Shown here: piece after piece, positions 45,899 to 57,870 of the stretch
Numbering within the stretch: the first letter of the stretch is position 1
Layout: every line of letters starts with the position of its first letter
DNA from: Epithemia pelagica
Taxonomy: Eukaryota; Protista; Bacillariophyta
DNA length: 64,000 nt
Assembly (NCBI GenBank): GCA_946965045.2
Contig: OX337230.1
Location: 1,178,001 to 1,242,000 of the forward strand
Direction of reading: 5' to 3'
Notes under the pieces: model-generated
Seen by the model: only the letters and a program-made list of their open reading frames with translations
Database searches by the model: none
What the model was told of the DNA's origin: nothing
Made by a program: the position numbers and the translations under genes

Positions 45899-47372
45899 AT
45901 ATCCTCTTCTCCACGCGTACCGAAATCGATTCGGATTTAGTGGTGCACACTCGGTTCTCACGATCGCAACCAAACAGTGTTGGATCTGTTCGCGTCCATG
46001 GTACGTGTATTGTCCTAATTTATTTGTTTTTGTGATTCGGGTCCCTGTGAATGGAATAATTATTAGCTCTATCGGAATCACACCGTGTCGAGACAACAAT
46101 TATGCATGTATTATATGAGGGCAAACTGGATCATGGACTCTTATGGTGATTTTCTGGGACTCTATATATTTTCCCAATGAAGAAACCAACATGCTGCGTT
46201 CTTTCCGAATATCATACAATTTGATGAAAGATGCTGTTGTTTTTGGTTTGTATTCGCTGAGGGAGAAAAAAAGCCAAGAAAAACCCAAGCAACGACGGAG
46301 GTTCACTGTTTGGTGCTAACCAGTTTGAATGAGTAATTTGCTCACACTGCTTTGCTCTCCTGTTTCATCCAGAATTCCCCGTTCCGCGAGTTTACCAAGT
46401 GATCAGTCGTGGCACTCTGGCCCCAACACAAGAGAGGTGAGTGAAGAAACAAATTTTCGAACCAAGGCGAATGAGGAGACGATTGATACCAGGAAATCTA
46501 TCATGATTGAAGCTTTATATTTTTCCAATTGATCCTACCGACGCTCTGTGTGAATTGAAAAACAACAACCACGGCCACCAATCTGCCATGGAGGAATGGT
46601 CTATTCATGACCAAACAAACAACTTGTGGTTTCCCTTGTGGAAGCTCCTCTGCCAATGGACTGTGCCAACAACAATCTAGCCGAGCTACATAGGAATCAT
46701 CCCACAAAGAACTTTGACTGTTGGGAGGAGTCGAACGCTCGTGACACTTGTATGCGCTATTGTGGACCAAAAACCTGGACCTTCTTTCTCACCGTTTTCT
46801 TGTCTCTTTTGTGTTGTAGCACGTTGTCGGTTTGGGAGGAAGAGACCCTGGTCAAGAGCAGGTCATTAAAAGGACACGCGCGTACACCGTTGGAGCATGA
46901 TACGAATATTCATGTAGACCCAAAACAGAAAGGGGTAGCTCGTGGTGTATGCTCATGTTGGATGTTGGGAGAATCGGATCACATTCACGGTTGTATCTAA
47001 GCCACTTCTCCTCCTTTTGCATCCGATTCGTGCATTGTCTGATATCCGTTTCGAACGAAAGATTAGCTGCAGCCCATAGGAGGTGCGGAAGTCGAATAGC
47101 TCAGGGTAAAATTATGTTCATACATCTCAAAGCAACAACTAAAGAGTGGTTTGGTTTCTCCACCATCTACAACATTTTGTGATTTCCACTGAGAACAAAA
47201 GATGAAGTTCAACCCAAAGCACTTGTAGAAGTCGTAAAGCTCGTTGTAAAAATTGTGTCCCTAAATCTCAAAGCAACTACTTAGAGTGGCTTAATTTCTC
47301 AGCACTTCACAAATCTATCTGGAGTGTGAGTTGAGAAACCTCTCCACACGTAACTATGAACGTGGAATGGTT

Positions 47373-50222
47373 CTATGAGGAATTGCCTCCAGTAACCTTT
47401 TCCCCGGGGTGCTTGGTTGGTGCTGCTGTTGTGGTAGAGTCATTCGATTCCATTATGGCATGTTCAATTCGTTGGAGGAGAATGCGTTGCACCAATTCTT
47501 TTCGGTCCGAGTACTCAGGATTCCCAGAAGAAGAGGAGGATCCTTCCGTACCATCCCTCGCCGAAACACGCTCCAATCCATCCGACCAAACCATCCGAGT
47601 TGGGGGTCCTTGCTGCGGCTGTGTACCATTCCTCGCCGAAACATGCTCCAATCTATCCGACCAAACCATCCGAGTTGGGGGTCCTTGCTGCGGCTGTGTT
47701 TCATCCCTCGCCCAAACACGCTCCACATCCCTCGCCCAAACCAGTTCCAGAGGCACAGGATCCATGGCGGAGTCCTCTTCCATATAATTATCATTACAAT
47801 CCCCACACACAAAGTGCATATCATTTGGAAACCGGCTTACAACCTCCCCTCCTGTGGCAAAGACTTCGTTTCGATTGGACGTTGAAGGGGGGCTTCCCGG
47901 AGGTCCTCCACCTGAGTAGCCATCAGTCGAGGTATCCTCTCTCGGGTTGGCGCTACTTTCGTTGGATCCTTCGATTTTCATGAGGGCGCTCAATCCTTCC
48001 ACCGCTTCAATCATATCCAGGCTTGCAAAGACTCGTGCTCGGTCCATTTCGATCTTCTCTGTCCTCGGCCTTCCATTTTCGTGAGGATTGGATGTTGTTG
48101 GTGCATGACCGCCATCTGTCCCAAGACTTGCTGAATCTGTCGTTTCCTCGGTATCCGTGTCCATGGCAACCACGTCTGTAGTATTCTCCACAATCGCGCA
48201 ATATTTTGGTTTCTTTGAGTTTTGGCTGCTCCTCCCTCGAAACCAATCCCTCCCCGCCATGGATTTTAAAATCATAAAAGTGGTGGAATAATCTCTTACA
48301 CGGGCAGCCTTTTCGACTGGGAGAATGGAAACAGAATCCGACAAGGTTGGACATGCTCCCTTTTCCAACAAGAGTTGTGCTGTCCCAAAATGTCCATTTC
48401 GACACGCAAGGTGTATGGGGGTACATCCTTGTCGTTCCTTCCGTTCAATCATGTCGTGCTCGGGTATACGAGTGCCACGCACGGCACAACACAAGTCCAG
48501 GACGAGGCGTAGACCGTCGCAGTGACCCCCAGCGGCGGCATAATGGACCGCGTTCCAACCAAGTCTACAGGTCCGTTCCAGACAGGCACCTTCGCCAATG
48601 AGAAACTGAATCATACCACTGTACCCTTGTTGACATGCATAGTGCAGTAACGTAGAATCATCTTTGCCGTTGCAGGAATCAATCAATGCGCCTCTTCGAA
48701 GCAACAGAAACACAATTAAATGAAAGTTTCTCTCAAGCGCAGCAAAGGCCGGAGAGCATAGCTTGCCATCGTGATATCCCGGTATGTTGGGACAAGCACC
48801 ATGGTCTAGCAGCATGGACGCCTTGGCTTCTGCACCAAATAGGCAGGCATGATAGAGGGCCGTACACTTTTCATTGTCTTGCTCATTGATGAAATTTTGT
48901 GCCATGACATCCCCAAGGGCGTGGTAAATCTGCGTCAAAATCAACTCCAAGGTGCCTCTCCAATCTGGTTGGTAGCTCCGGACACAAAAATGAATGACGG
49001 TCCAGCGAAATCGATTCCTCGCACGAAGATCTGCACCCGCGTCAATGAAATGCTCAATTCGTTCTTGATCACCATCAAAACAAGCTTTATGAAGAACCGT
49101 GGTTCTGATTAACAGGAAGAGAAAAAGACGGCAATGGTATAAGAGTTCAGGAATGTGTTGAAAAGAAGACAATGGTTCAGACCAAACCCCAGTGTACTCT
49201 TACCTTTCATATCCATTGTGAGCATTCACATTGGCGCCTCCAAGCAGCAACAAATCTACAACGGCCATGTGAGACAGTTGGTAGGCCAAATACAAGGGAG
49301 TGAAACCACACTCATCCGTAGCATTCACGTCTGCTCCATAGTCAATCAACATGTGGATAATCTCGGTATTTCGGTAATCCCTACAGGCACAATGGAGCGG
49401 CGTTCCCAGAGAATTGCTTTGAATGTGAACTTGTGCTCCTTGGTTCTTGACTAAATGAGCTACGAGCTTTTGGTTGGCGGGGCCATGAAGGTCCGTGTTT
49501 GTATTGTGATTGAAGGGTTGCTGAAAGACGGGAGAAGTGCAGGCCCAATGTAAGGCCGTACTACCGTGTCTATCCAAGGTGCTAATGGAAGCTCCAAGTT
49601 CCATTAGACAAAGAGCGTTGTCATACAAGCCATGCATACAGGCAATGTGCAGAGCTGTGAATCCATCACTCGTCATGGTTTTGACATCCACTCCCCCCTT
49701 TTGCACCAAGAGCCGAAGAATTTCCTTGTCCAGACCATCCTGTTTGGCGGCCACATGGATCGCAGCACTTCCAATGTCGTTTTGGACCGACAGATCGACC
49801 TTGTGTTGGATAAGATATCGGATGATATCGATTTGATTCGCTTCTGTGGCCACCATGAGCGCCGAATAGCCATCCTTCCGCACTTTGTTGCCATTCGCAC
49901 CTTCACTCAACAAAAGCTTCACGACCGCCAGAGACCCCGTCCGACACGCCAGCCCCAGTGCCGTCAAGGTTTGTTTTCCAAATTCACGGCTCGCCGGGAC
50001 TTCATACATATGGTCCACTTCCGCACCCCGGTCAATCAAATATTGCGCAATGGAAACGTGATTTTCGGCGCACGCGACCCACAAAGGGCTCTTATTGTCC
50101 TCGTCGCTGGACGACGATTCCACCGTATAGCTTCCGCTGTTTAAGAGAAACCGCACTTTGCCCAAATGACCTTCTCTACAGGCGGAGTGCAACGTCCTCT
50201 TTCGTCCCGACTTTCGTTTCAT
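47373..50222 (-). CDS. Ankyrin-repeat protein; 2 exons, ~916 aa
   Basis: Many TALHxAC/GADVN units. Intron 49203-49105 (gtaaga...aatcag) joins GYER to TTVLHKAC in frame, merging the 345-aa and 599-aa ORFs. Confidence 0.9.
47548..47741. repeat. Coding tandem repeat: 75-nt unit x~2.4 plus a 24-nt sub-duplication
   Basis: 47548-47622 and 47623-47697 differ at 3 positions. They encode TQPQQGPPTRMVWSDRLEHVSARNG-like 25-aa units in the ankyrin protein tail. Confidence 0.92.
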
Positions 50223-51575
50223 CTTTTCATGGAGCAACCTGGAAAAGACAACGACAATTTGGATAGAAACAGGAAACAGGACACAGTCGCGTGCACTCTC
50301 AGTCCATGATATGGATGATGGATTCGTTCCCTCATTCGTTCCCCTAAAAGGTGCGACTCAAAAGAGACTCTTTTTCTGAAACCAGGTAGCTACCATACTC
50401 TTTACTTGTAGGAGTAGAAGTAAGTCCTCTAGTAGGAGCACTCTACTACCTAGAGGTAGAGAGGTGGAAGGTGGAAGCCCAAGAACGATGAAAGCCTCCG
50501 CCTACCTCAAACCTCAACGACAACCTTGTTATTTCTTCCACAGTCCAAGTTTTGGAGATTACTATATCCGTATACAATAGGCAATCCCTCGAGGTTGGAG
50601 ATGGTGGAATAGGAAGCAGAAATGGCCTCTCGTCAATGCTCCTTTGCACTGCCTTGTATTGCCTATATACACCATATGTCCTCTCGTGATTCTACAAAGA
50701 AAACTCCTTCTCCATCGACCGGCTCGTCTTTGAACGTTGCTCGCACGGTCAGTGACCTGTGCCAGTAGACGAACATGTATCCTTCGCTAATCGCAACGAA
50801 TGATATCATTTGCTTGGTGCACCATACGAAACAGGACTACACTCACCCATCTGCAATTCCCACGACACACATCTATTCATTGCAGACCATAGCGATGAAT
50901 GGCGCATCTCTCTATCTCCAGCGAAACATGAGACACATGAGTGAATTGGGAAAGTTCTGTGAGCCGCCACGCGCTCCTCTTCGTGTGGTGGGAGTCGCAA
51001 AAGATCCCAAACGATTGTCGAGAACACTCGAGCGGTTCCCACGCAAGACTGAGGCTTCTTTGCACGACACCCTCGGAGGCAGACTCTCGCATGCCACTTG
51101 CTTGCCGTGGGCCTCCTCTAAATGAAACTTCTCATGGGCTCTCTCATTCCAGTAACGGTAGGCAAGGCTTAAACCAGAAATTCCTCGACGAGCGTACCCG
51201 TCACACAGGACGGTGCTCTTTGTATAAGCCTTAACGCATATACCCATTAAAAAGATTGAAACTACGCTTGTCACGTAAAATAGGTACGTGGGATGCCAAT
51301 CGATGAGGTGTGATCATGGGGGATGCTCGACTCCCAGAGTGAATTAACGGGAAAAGCAGGTCTCGCCTCTTTTTTTGGAATTTCTTCTGGGATCGCGCTC
51401 TCAAATACACAACTCAGAGAATAGTCTTGGCCTTTCTCGTTTTTTAGAGTGAGACGATTGATCTCTGGTTTTGTTATCTTGGTTACGCACTTTTTCAATA
51501 TTTATCCAAGATTGACAAACCATTGACGGTGTCATATACAAGAGAAGCTCATTCCACAAAGCAGAGTTTCGAATC

Positions 51576-54500
51576 ATGCGCTTAACCCGACGGAGTGGCG
51601 CCATGGCACCACAAGAGGTGCATTCGGATGACGAGAATGATCGAACGGAAGGGGATGTGCAAAGGGTTTCGCAAACTCGAACCATGACAATACCAGTCAT
51701 GTGTTCGCGGCGAATTTCGGTCGATACGGACGTTTCAATACATCGCTCGTATGACTTTGCCAACATTCAAGCGGACAAGGGGGGAGAAATGAAGGAACAG
51801 GCACAGTTTGTGGGAAACGAGTCACATCAGGCGGATACCATCACATGCAGTAGCGAAGACGATGACGAAAATTTTCAAGATGAATCGTGTGCACCGTCCC
51901 GAAACAATTTCACTGTTTGGGGACAACGAACTCATGACAACAATATGCATACCTACTATCATTTTTCGGATCGAATAGGATCCTCACAGAGCCAACCTCT
52001 CGTCACCATGGGTGGAATAGAAGAGCCGTTCAAGGGACAAAAAAAGAGACAGGCTGGCCATTGCGGATGCCTCACTAGGAAGGGTCTCGTAGGTTTGGTT
52101 GGTTTCATTGCTCTCGCTCTTGTAGGAGCAGTGCTGGGAGCCCTGCACTGGTCCAATAGTGAGAATCTGCCGTCTCCTTTGCAACACGATGATTCTTCAC
52201 CACGTGAAGCTCCAAATGTAAGTCATCTCAAAAAGTTTCTTTGTTTGTGTTTTCTTAGACTCACATAATCTCTTTTTGTCATAGTCCACCAAGACTACTC
52301 CACCAACGCTAGACCATATAGGTGTTGCGGTATGGCAGCAGTACACAGGTACTAGGGGCTCTGGGTTCGGATCAGCTGTCGTGATTCAAGAGAATTGGGT
52401 TGCAATTGGATCGCCTCAAGGAGATTCCGTCAGCACGTATTTTCAAAGACCCGGTGGTTATTGGGAACGAGTCGAAGACGTGGTGCCATATAATGGCGAA
52501 CCGTCGTTGTTCGGCAGCACAATTGACTTTTGCTACAATATGTCCAGGCACACCACTCCATACATGATTGTGGGCGCACCAGAAGCTGCGGGTGGAGGAA
52601 ATGCTCATGTGTATGAATATCTTCAATATGCAAATGGCTGGAAGCTGATGGACGCCCCGTTGTTTGCTCCCGGCGAAGCTGCCGAGAGAGACGATGCCAA
52701 GTTTGGTTCCTCTGTAGTTATTATAGAAAACCGAAAAGTTGTGATTGGAGCACCGCAATATGGTACGGATAACCGTGGGAGCGTCTTCACTTTTCAGTAC
52801 AAGCTCCTTGGTTCAGACGGAGCACAAGAGACGTACGGATGGGTTCCCGTTGCCTCGGCCACTGTATCCGGAAGTTCTGCAAATGCCCAATTTGGTGCTG
52901 ATTTGGACATTACTGCGGATGGAAATACTCTGGTTGTGGGGGAGCCAAATCAGAACAAGTTTACAATATTCGATTGGGTGGAGACTGACAAGGTATGGAA
53001 AGAGTCTTTTACTTTCACATCAGCGCGAGAACACATTGATTTTGGTAGTTCGGTGGTCTTCTTGTCATCCTCTTTTGTGGCTGTTGGAGCGCCCTCTGCA
53101 AACTCTAACGCCGGGCTAGTTAGTTTGTTTGAAAAGGACACCAGAACGGATACTTGGTCCTTCCGCCAGAGTTTTCAAGGAGAAGCATCGGATCGCCTGG
53201 GTGCCAAAGGTAGAGTGAGCGGTTCTCATGGACCATGGGGAACCCAGTTGGCCGTTGCCACACAAAAGGGCTACATTCAACGCCATGATCTGGTGGTACT
53301 TGGTACAATGTCCTATGTCATTGTAAAGCGATACACCGTCAACATTACGTCTGCAACTTCAATTGATGTGGAAGCTGATGAAGATGGCTTTGTGGTTGTG
53401 GCCGGTTACGGTCAATCGGATCTTGTTTTCATGTATGGGCCGCCATATGAAACCGACGACTCAGAGACACCGGAAAGAACGAAAGATCCTAATTCCAAAC
53501 AGATTGTGGGTGAAATGGTCGGTTCCAACACGTTGTCTGACGGTAGAAGGGCCTATGGATCGGCTGTTGGGGTGACAGGAGATATCCTGGTGGTAGGACA
53601 GCCACTGCAAAATAAGGGCACTGGTTCCGCTGAAATCTTGCACCGGTCATCGAAATGGACTCCGATAGACTCTATTGTGAAGCCTGGAACACAAGAATTT
53701 GGTTCCGCAATTTCCTTGAGACTCAGGAATGGTAAATTCAATCTTCTTGTTGGATCGAAATCCTCCGCTCACGGTTCCACGAGCCTGGCCAACTACGGCT
53801 CTGCTCACTATTACGAATTCAATGAAGACAAGAGCTGGAGTCAGGTCGGACAGTCTCTTTATCCAGGATTTCACGTGGACGAGGCGGGTGGTGAATTTGG
53901 TGCAGCAGTGGCCATGTCTTCGGGTGGACCCGTTCGTAGAATCGCGATTGGTGCACCAAGCAGCAGTACAGGCTCGTTCAACTATTACAATGGACGTATC
54001 TTCACCTTTCAATACAACGGTACATCCTGGGAATCCATGGCATCTCCATCTGTTGGTAGTCCTAAGAGCTTTCTGGGATCTGCAGTTGACATGATGGCGG
54101 ATGGTTCTCGATTGCTTGTCGGGGCACCGGGAGCGGACAAGGCTTTTTACTCAACTTGGAATGAAGCATCGTCGTCCTGGGATGAAGTTTTTGCAGCAAA
54201 GGGGAAAACAGGTGAAGCGTTCGGGTCGTCCGTCGCTGTTGCATCTGACGATGGAACCTTGATTGCAGTCGGTGGGCCTGCCTACGATGGTGGACGTGGA
54301 GTGATTCGCATGTACGCCCAACAAAGTGAAGGTAACTCCTTTCTTCAAGTGGGTGATGATATTATCGGAAATATCGGAGAAGGTGTTGGGCTGACACTTT
54401 GTGGAGGCAAAGGCCGTATCGCAGTTGGGACCGAGTTTGGATTCTTTCGGGTCTATTCCGTGGATGCGGGAAAGTGGCAAGAAATAGCCCATGGAGGCGT

Positions 54501-54600
54501 TGAGGGATCTCCTGTCGTATCTATTGCCATGTCAGAAGATGGCGGAACAATTGCTACTGGACTTGCCAACGAGCAAGTGTGGGTCTACAATATCTCATGA
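51576..54600 (+). CDS. Type II membrane protein with two FG-GAP (integrin-alpha-like) beta-propellers; 2 exons, ~985 aa
   Basis: Exons 51576-52217 and 52285-54600 (gtaagt...tcatag, phase 0). TM LVGLVGFIALALVGAVLGAL follows a basic patch. Repeated FGxxV...xxVGAP blades. Confidence 0.88.
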
Positions 54601-55503
54601 ACTGGTTCGCACCATGAACAGCGCAATAGTACGTGATAAATTGATCGTCAGACTGGGGTCATCCATGTCCATGGAATGGAGCATTACGGAACCTTGTGGG
54701 GAGAAAAGCATCGTGGTTAAGTGCATCCTTGCAGAATATCTTCAAGAGCACATTCTCGGTCGTCCATGTACTCCTTTTTTAAAATCAAATCGAGGCATCC
54801 TGTGAGACAAGAAATCCTCCGAAAGCGGAAAGACTGATTTTGTTTTCTTGATTGAATTGAGACATCTGTACATGGTTTGCCTTACTGAAACGGAAAAGCA
54901 ACGTTCGGTCTTGTGTTGGCTATCGACAGACGAACTAGGAACGACAACCGAGAGCAATGGATCGACAAGCGCAAAAACTTGGAAAACAACAAAAGTATCA
55001 GATGCTAAGAATATCTGAATTGTTAAATGTAATTATATGTATTGCACAAAGCTGATAGCAAGTACCATGTTGTTGTCGTTTTGGTTGACGAATTTGTAGC
55101 TGTTTCACAAACAGGCACAATACTGTGAAGTCACACATATCCTTTCTCGCCCTTGTCGCGTTACATTTCCGTCCAGTTGCAGTGTCATTGCCACTGGTCG
55201 CTACGCCACGTCCTCGCTGAGTGCAACGGCCAGCATGGAAATTTCCCAATGGACAACACAGGAACAGCACATTACATGCTAACAAGGGATAGAATTATAC
55301 AGGTATTATGCACGAAGCTGCTAGGAGTATGAATTGTAATGTTTTTGTTGTCGTCGTCGTGAATATGCGTCATGAAAACAACAACGACAACGACAAGGGT
55401 GGCAAGGGATGTTTCTCGCGAGTCGAGCCTCGTACTGTTGTGAGGCCCACCGTGTTTGCCGCAGCGTTGTTATTGCTGTCGTTATTGTCGTTGTTGTTGG
55501 TTG

Positions 55504-57870
55504 TTATAAAAAGGCGTAGACTTCCGTGACATCTCCTACCATGGTCACGGCGACCGTGGTCCCATCCTCGGAGAGTGCCACGGCCACGATTGGGAGTGGA
55601 ACGGAAATGGAACTGACGGGAATCCAATCCGTGTCGTCTGGTCGATAGTCATAGATACGAACCGTGTTGGTCGACGTGGTTCCAAAACACAAGCGTCCTT
55701 GACGACCGGCCAAGGTAGTTCCAATCCGTTCTCCCTCTTGCAATCCTTGAATGGGATTTCCCAAGGGGACATAGGTATTGCCAAATTGTCCGTAGGCACG
55801 AATCGATCCTTGTTGATTGGTTCCAAACGACGGACTGCCGACGGCAATCCATTCGGCCGAATCCGACAAAATGGCGACCGAGGCCCCCAATTCTTCATTG
55901 TCCGTCCCGGCCAAGGCAAAGACAGTTTCCCATTCCATCCCCGTTTCGTTCCATTGATAATAGGCAAAGGCGCCATTGGTCCCTTCAAAGACGGGGGCAC
56001 CCGTCAAGAGGTAGGTACCATCGTGGGACAAATCCAAGGCTTGTCCAATCCGAGCCACCGGACTGCCTTCGAGGGCATTACTGGGTTCCACCCAATCCGT
56101 CCCGTCAAAGTCAAAGGTAAAGATGCGACCCGACGCAAAGAGTCGGGGCACACCTCCAATGGTAAGATTGACCAAACTAAAGGGAGCACCAACCACGACA
56201 CGACGAATCGTTGTGGCCATGGACACTTCAAACCCAAATTGGCCATCGATCTGCAGTTCGGTGGATGGAGGACGCATGGGAGAGCCCAAACGGACCCAGG
56301 CTTGTGCTTCTCCGTCAAAGGTATAATACTCGGCCGATCCAAAGGCAATGTTTTGTTGTTCCGTTTCTGGGGCTCCTACCATGAGGCTGAGACCATCCAC
56401 TGCACGAACCAAATCGACGGACGATCCAAACGACAAGGCCCCTTCTTGTCCGGCCGAAACATCGACTGTGGTCCCGTCTTGCAATTGACTCGTTCGCACC
56501 AACCCTCCTTGGTCCACGCCTGGCACACCAATGGCCACAAGGTCGTCCATCAAGGCCACACTGCCGCCCGTTGGATCGGTACTGTCGGGAAAGGTAAATT
56601 CGGCAATGCGAGACACGAGCGACGGCGCCGCCGAAACGGTGGGAGGGGCCGTGGGAGCGGGTGTACTCACGGGCGCCCGGGTCGGCTCGTGGGTCGGTAA
56701 CCGAGTGGGAACCACGGTAGGGTCGCGCGTCGGAGATGTGGTAGGATTGCGGGTGGGAGTACCTGTGGGTGATACGGAGGGAGGATTGGTTGGATTCACG
56801 GTTGTTGGAATGTTGGTTGGATTCACTGTGGGATCCTCCGTGGGAGTGCTGGTTGGATGCACGGTGGTGGGAGTGGTGGTGGGCAACTCCGTCGGAGACA
56901 CTGTGGGTGCTGCAGTGGGTGACACGGAGGGTGAAGCCGTCGGAGCTGGTGTCGGGCGTGGTGTCGGTCCCGAAACGGGTGGATTAGAGGGAGCAACTGT
57001 GGGCCGAGTGGTGGGAACAGTGGTCGTTGGAATGGCCGTTGGCACCACGGTAGTCGGCTCCACAGTGGTAGGAGACCCACTGGGTGATTGGGTTGGAAGT
57101 TCGGTGGGTGTCTCAGTGGCGGCGGGAGCGGCAGTCGGCGATGGAGTGGGTGGTTCCAGACTGGGCGGGGCCGTGGTGGGATCGACGGGTTCCAGGGAGG
57201 GTGACGTGGTAGGTGGTGCCGTTGTCGGAACCAAGGTGGGTGTCGGGGTAGTGGGTGGTACCGTTGTGGGGGCCACGGTTGGCACTCGGGTGGGTGTGGT
57301 GGGAGTTGTGGGTGCATCGGTCGGTCCTCTCGTTGGTTGTGGAGATTGAGCCAGTGTGGGTGGGAAGAGGGTGGCCAGTTCGCCATTGACTGTGGCACAC
57401 ACGTAAAAGACGGTATCCCAATACTGCTCCACACTCAAAAATTCCTCGCTAATGACAATGTCCGCGCGGGCACCCACGCAACAATGATTGTCGCCCGTCA
57501 AGTACACGCATTGCGTACAGGCTTCGGAATAAAAAATCGTGATAAAATTGAGCTGGTCCATGGGACGGTCGATTCGATTCCCGGATTGAATCGTCACAAA
57601 GTCTCCAAACTCATCACGGTTCAAGCGCAGGTCGCCATTGGCATCGCCCAATTCCATATTCGTTATACACGTCGAGAGAGCATCATCGTCTTGTTGTTCC
57701 AGAGACCGTAGCTGCGATTGTCGTTTGGCTCGATAGAACAAAGAGGAGGAGGAGGAAGAAGAAGAAGTGGCAGCACCACGTAGCAGGGTTCGAGCAAAGG
57801 GTGTATCTTCACTGCTACAAGCACGTACAAGTGTCAACAGTAATAACACGACAACATGTGGTTGAATCAT
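55504..57870 (-). CDS. Secreted protein: signal peptide, EF-hand-like/Cys-rich domain, PT-rich mucin-like stalk and one FG-GAP propeller, ~788 aa
   Basis: MIQPHVVVLLLLTLVRACS signal; DANGDLRLNRDEF loop; ~240 aa of PTxxPT repeats; FGSSVDL..LMVGAP and FGFEVSM..VVVGAP blades; no C-terminal TM. Confidence 0.88.
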   Translation of the reverse strand: MIQPHVVVLLLLTLVRACSSEDTPFARTLLRGAATSSSSSSSSLFYRAKRQSQLRSLEQQDDDALSTCITNMELGDANGDLRLNRDEFGDFVTIQSGNRIDRPMDQLNFITIFYSEACTQCVYLTGDNHCCVGARADIVISEEFLSVEQYWDTVFYVCATVNGELATLFPPTLAQSPQPTRGPTDAPTTPTTPTRVPTVAPTTVPPTTPTPTLVPTTAPPTTSPSLEPVDPTTAPPSLEPPTPSPTAAPAATETPTELPTQSPSGSPTTVEPTTVVPTAIPTTTVPTTRPTVAPSNPPVSGPTPRPTPAPTASPSVSPTAAPTVSPTELPTTTPTTVHPTSTPTEDPTVNPTNIPTTVNPTNPPSVSPTGTPTRNPTTSPTRDPTVVPTRLPTHEPTRAPVSTPAPTAPPTVSAAPSLVSRIAEFTFPDSTDPTGGSVALMDDLVAIGVPGVDQGGLVRTSQLQDGTTVDVSAGQEGALSFGSSVDLVRAVDGLSLMVGAPETEQQNIAFGSAEYYTFDGEAQAWVRLGSPMRPPSTELQIDGQFGFEVSMATTIRRVVVGAPFSLVNLTIGGVPRLFASGRIFTFDFDGTDWVEPSNALEGSPVARIGQALDLSHDGTYLLTGAPVFEGTNGAFAYYQWNETGMEWETVFALAGTDNEELGASVAILSDSAEWIAVGSPSFGTNQQGSIRAYGQFGNTYVPLGNPIQGLQEGERIGTTLAGRQGRLCFGTTSTNTVRIYDYRPDDTDWIPVSSISVPLPIVAVALSEDGTTVAVTMVGDVTEVYAFL

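Noticed and set aside
46100-47350. Short ORFs (e.g. 46626-47000) as a gene or transposon remnant
   Set aside because: No recognisable domain, terminal repeats or splice pattern.
47548-47741. Repeat array as a possible CRISPR
   Set aside because: The units are contiguous, in-frame and have no unique spacers; the DNA is eukaryotic and no cas genes are present.
50300-51500. ORFs 50775-51125 and 50912-51274, and a small hairpin at ~50446-50459
   Set aside because: No recognisable protein motifs; the hairpin is short and explained by the recurrent CTACCTAG motif.
56531-57434. Val/Gly-rich 272-aa ORF and Pro/His-rich alternative-frame ORFs
   Set aside because: Antisense or frameshifted readings of the PT-repeat stalk.
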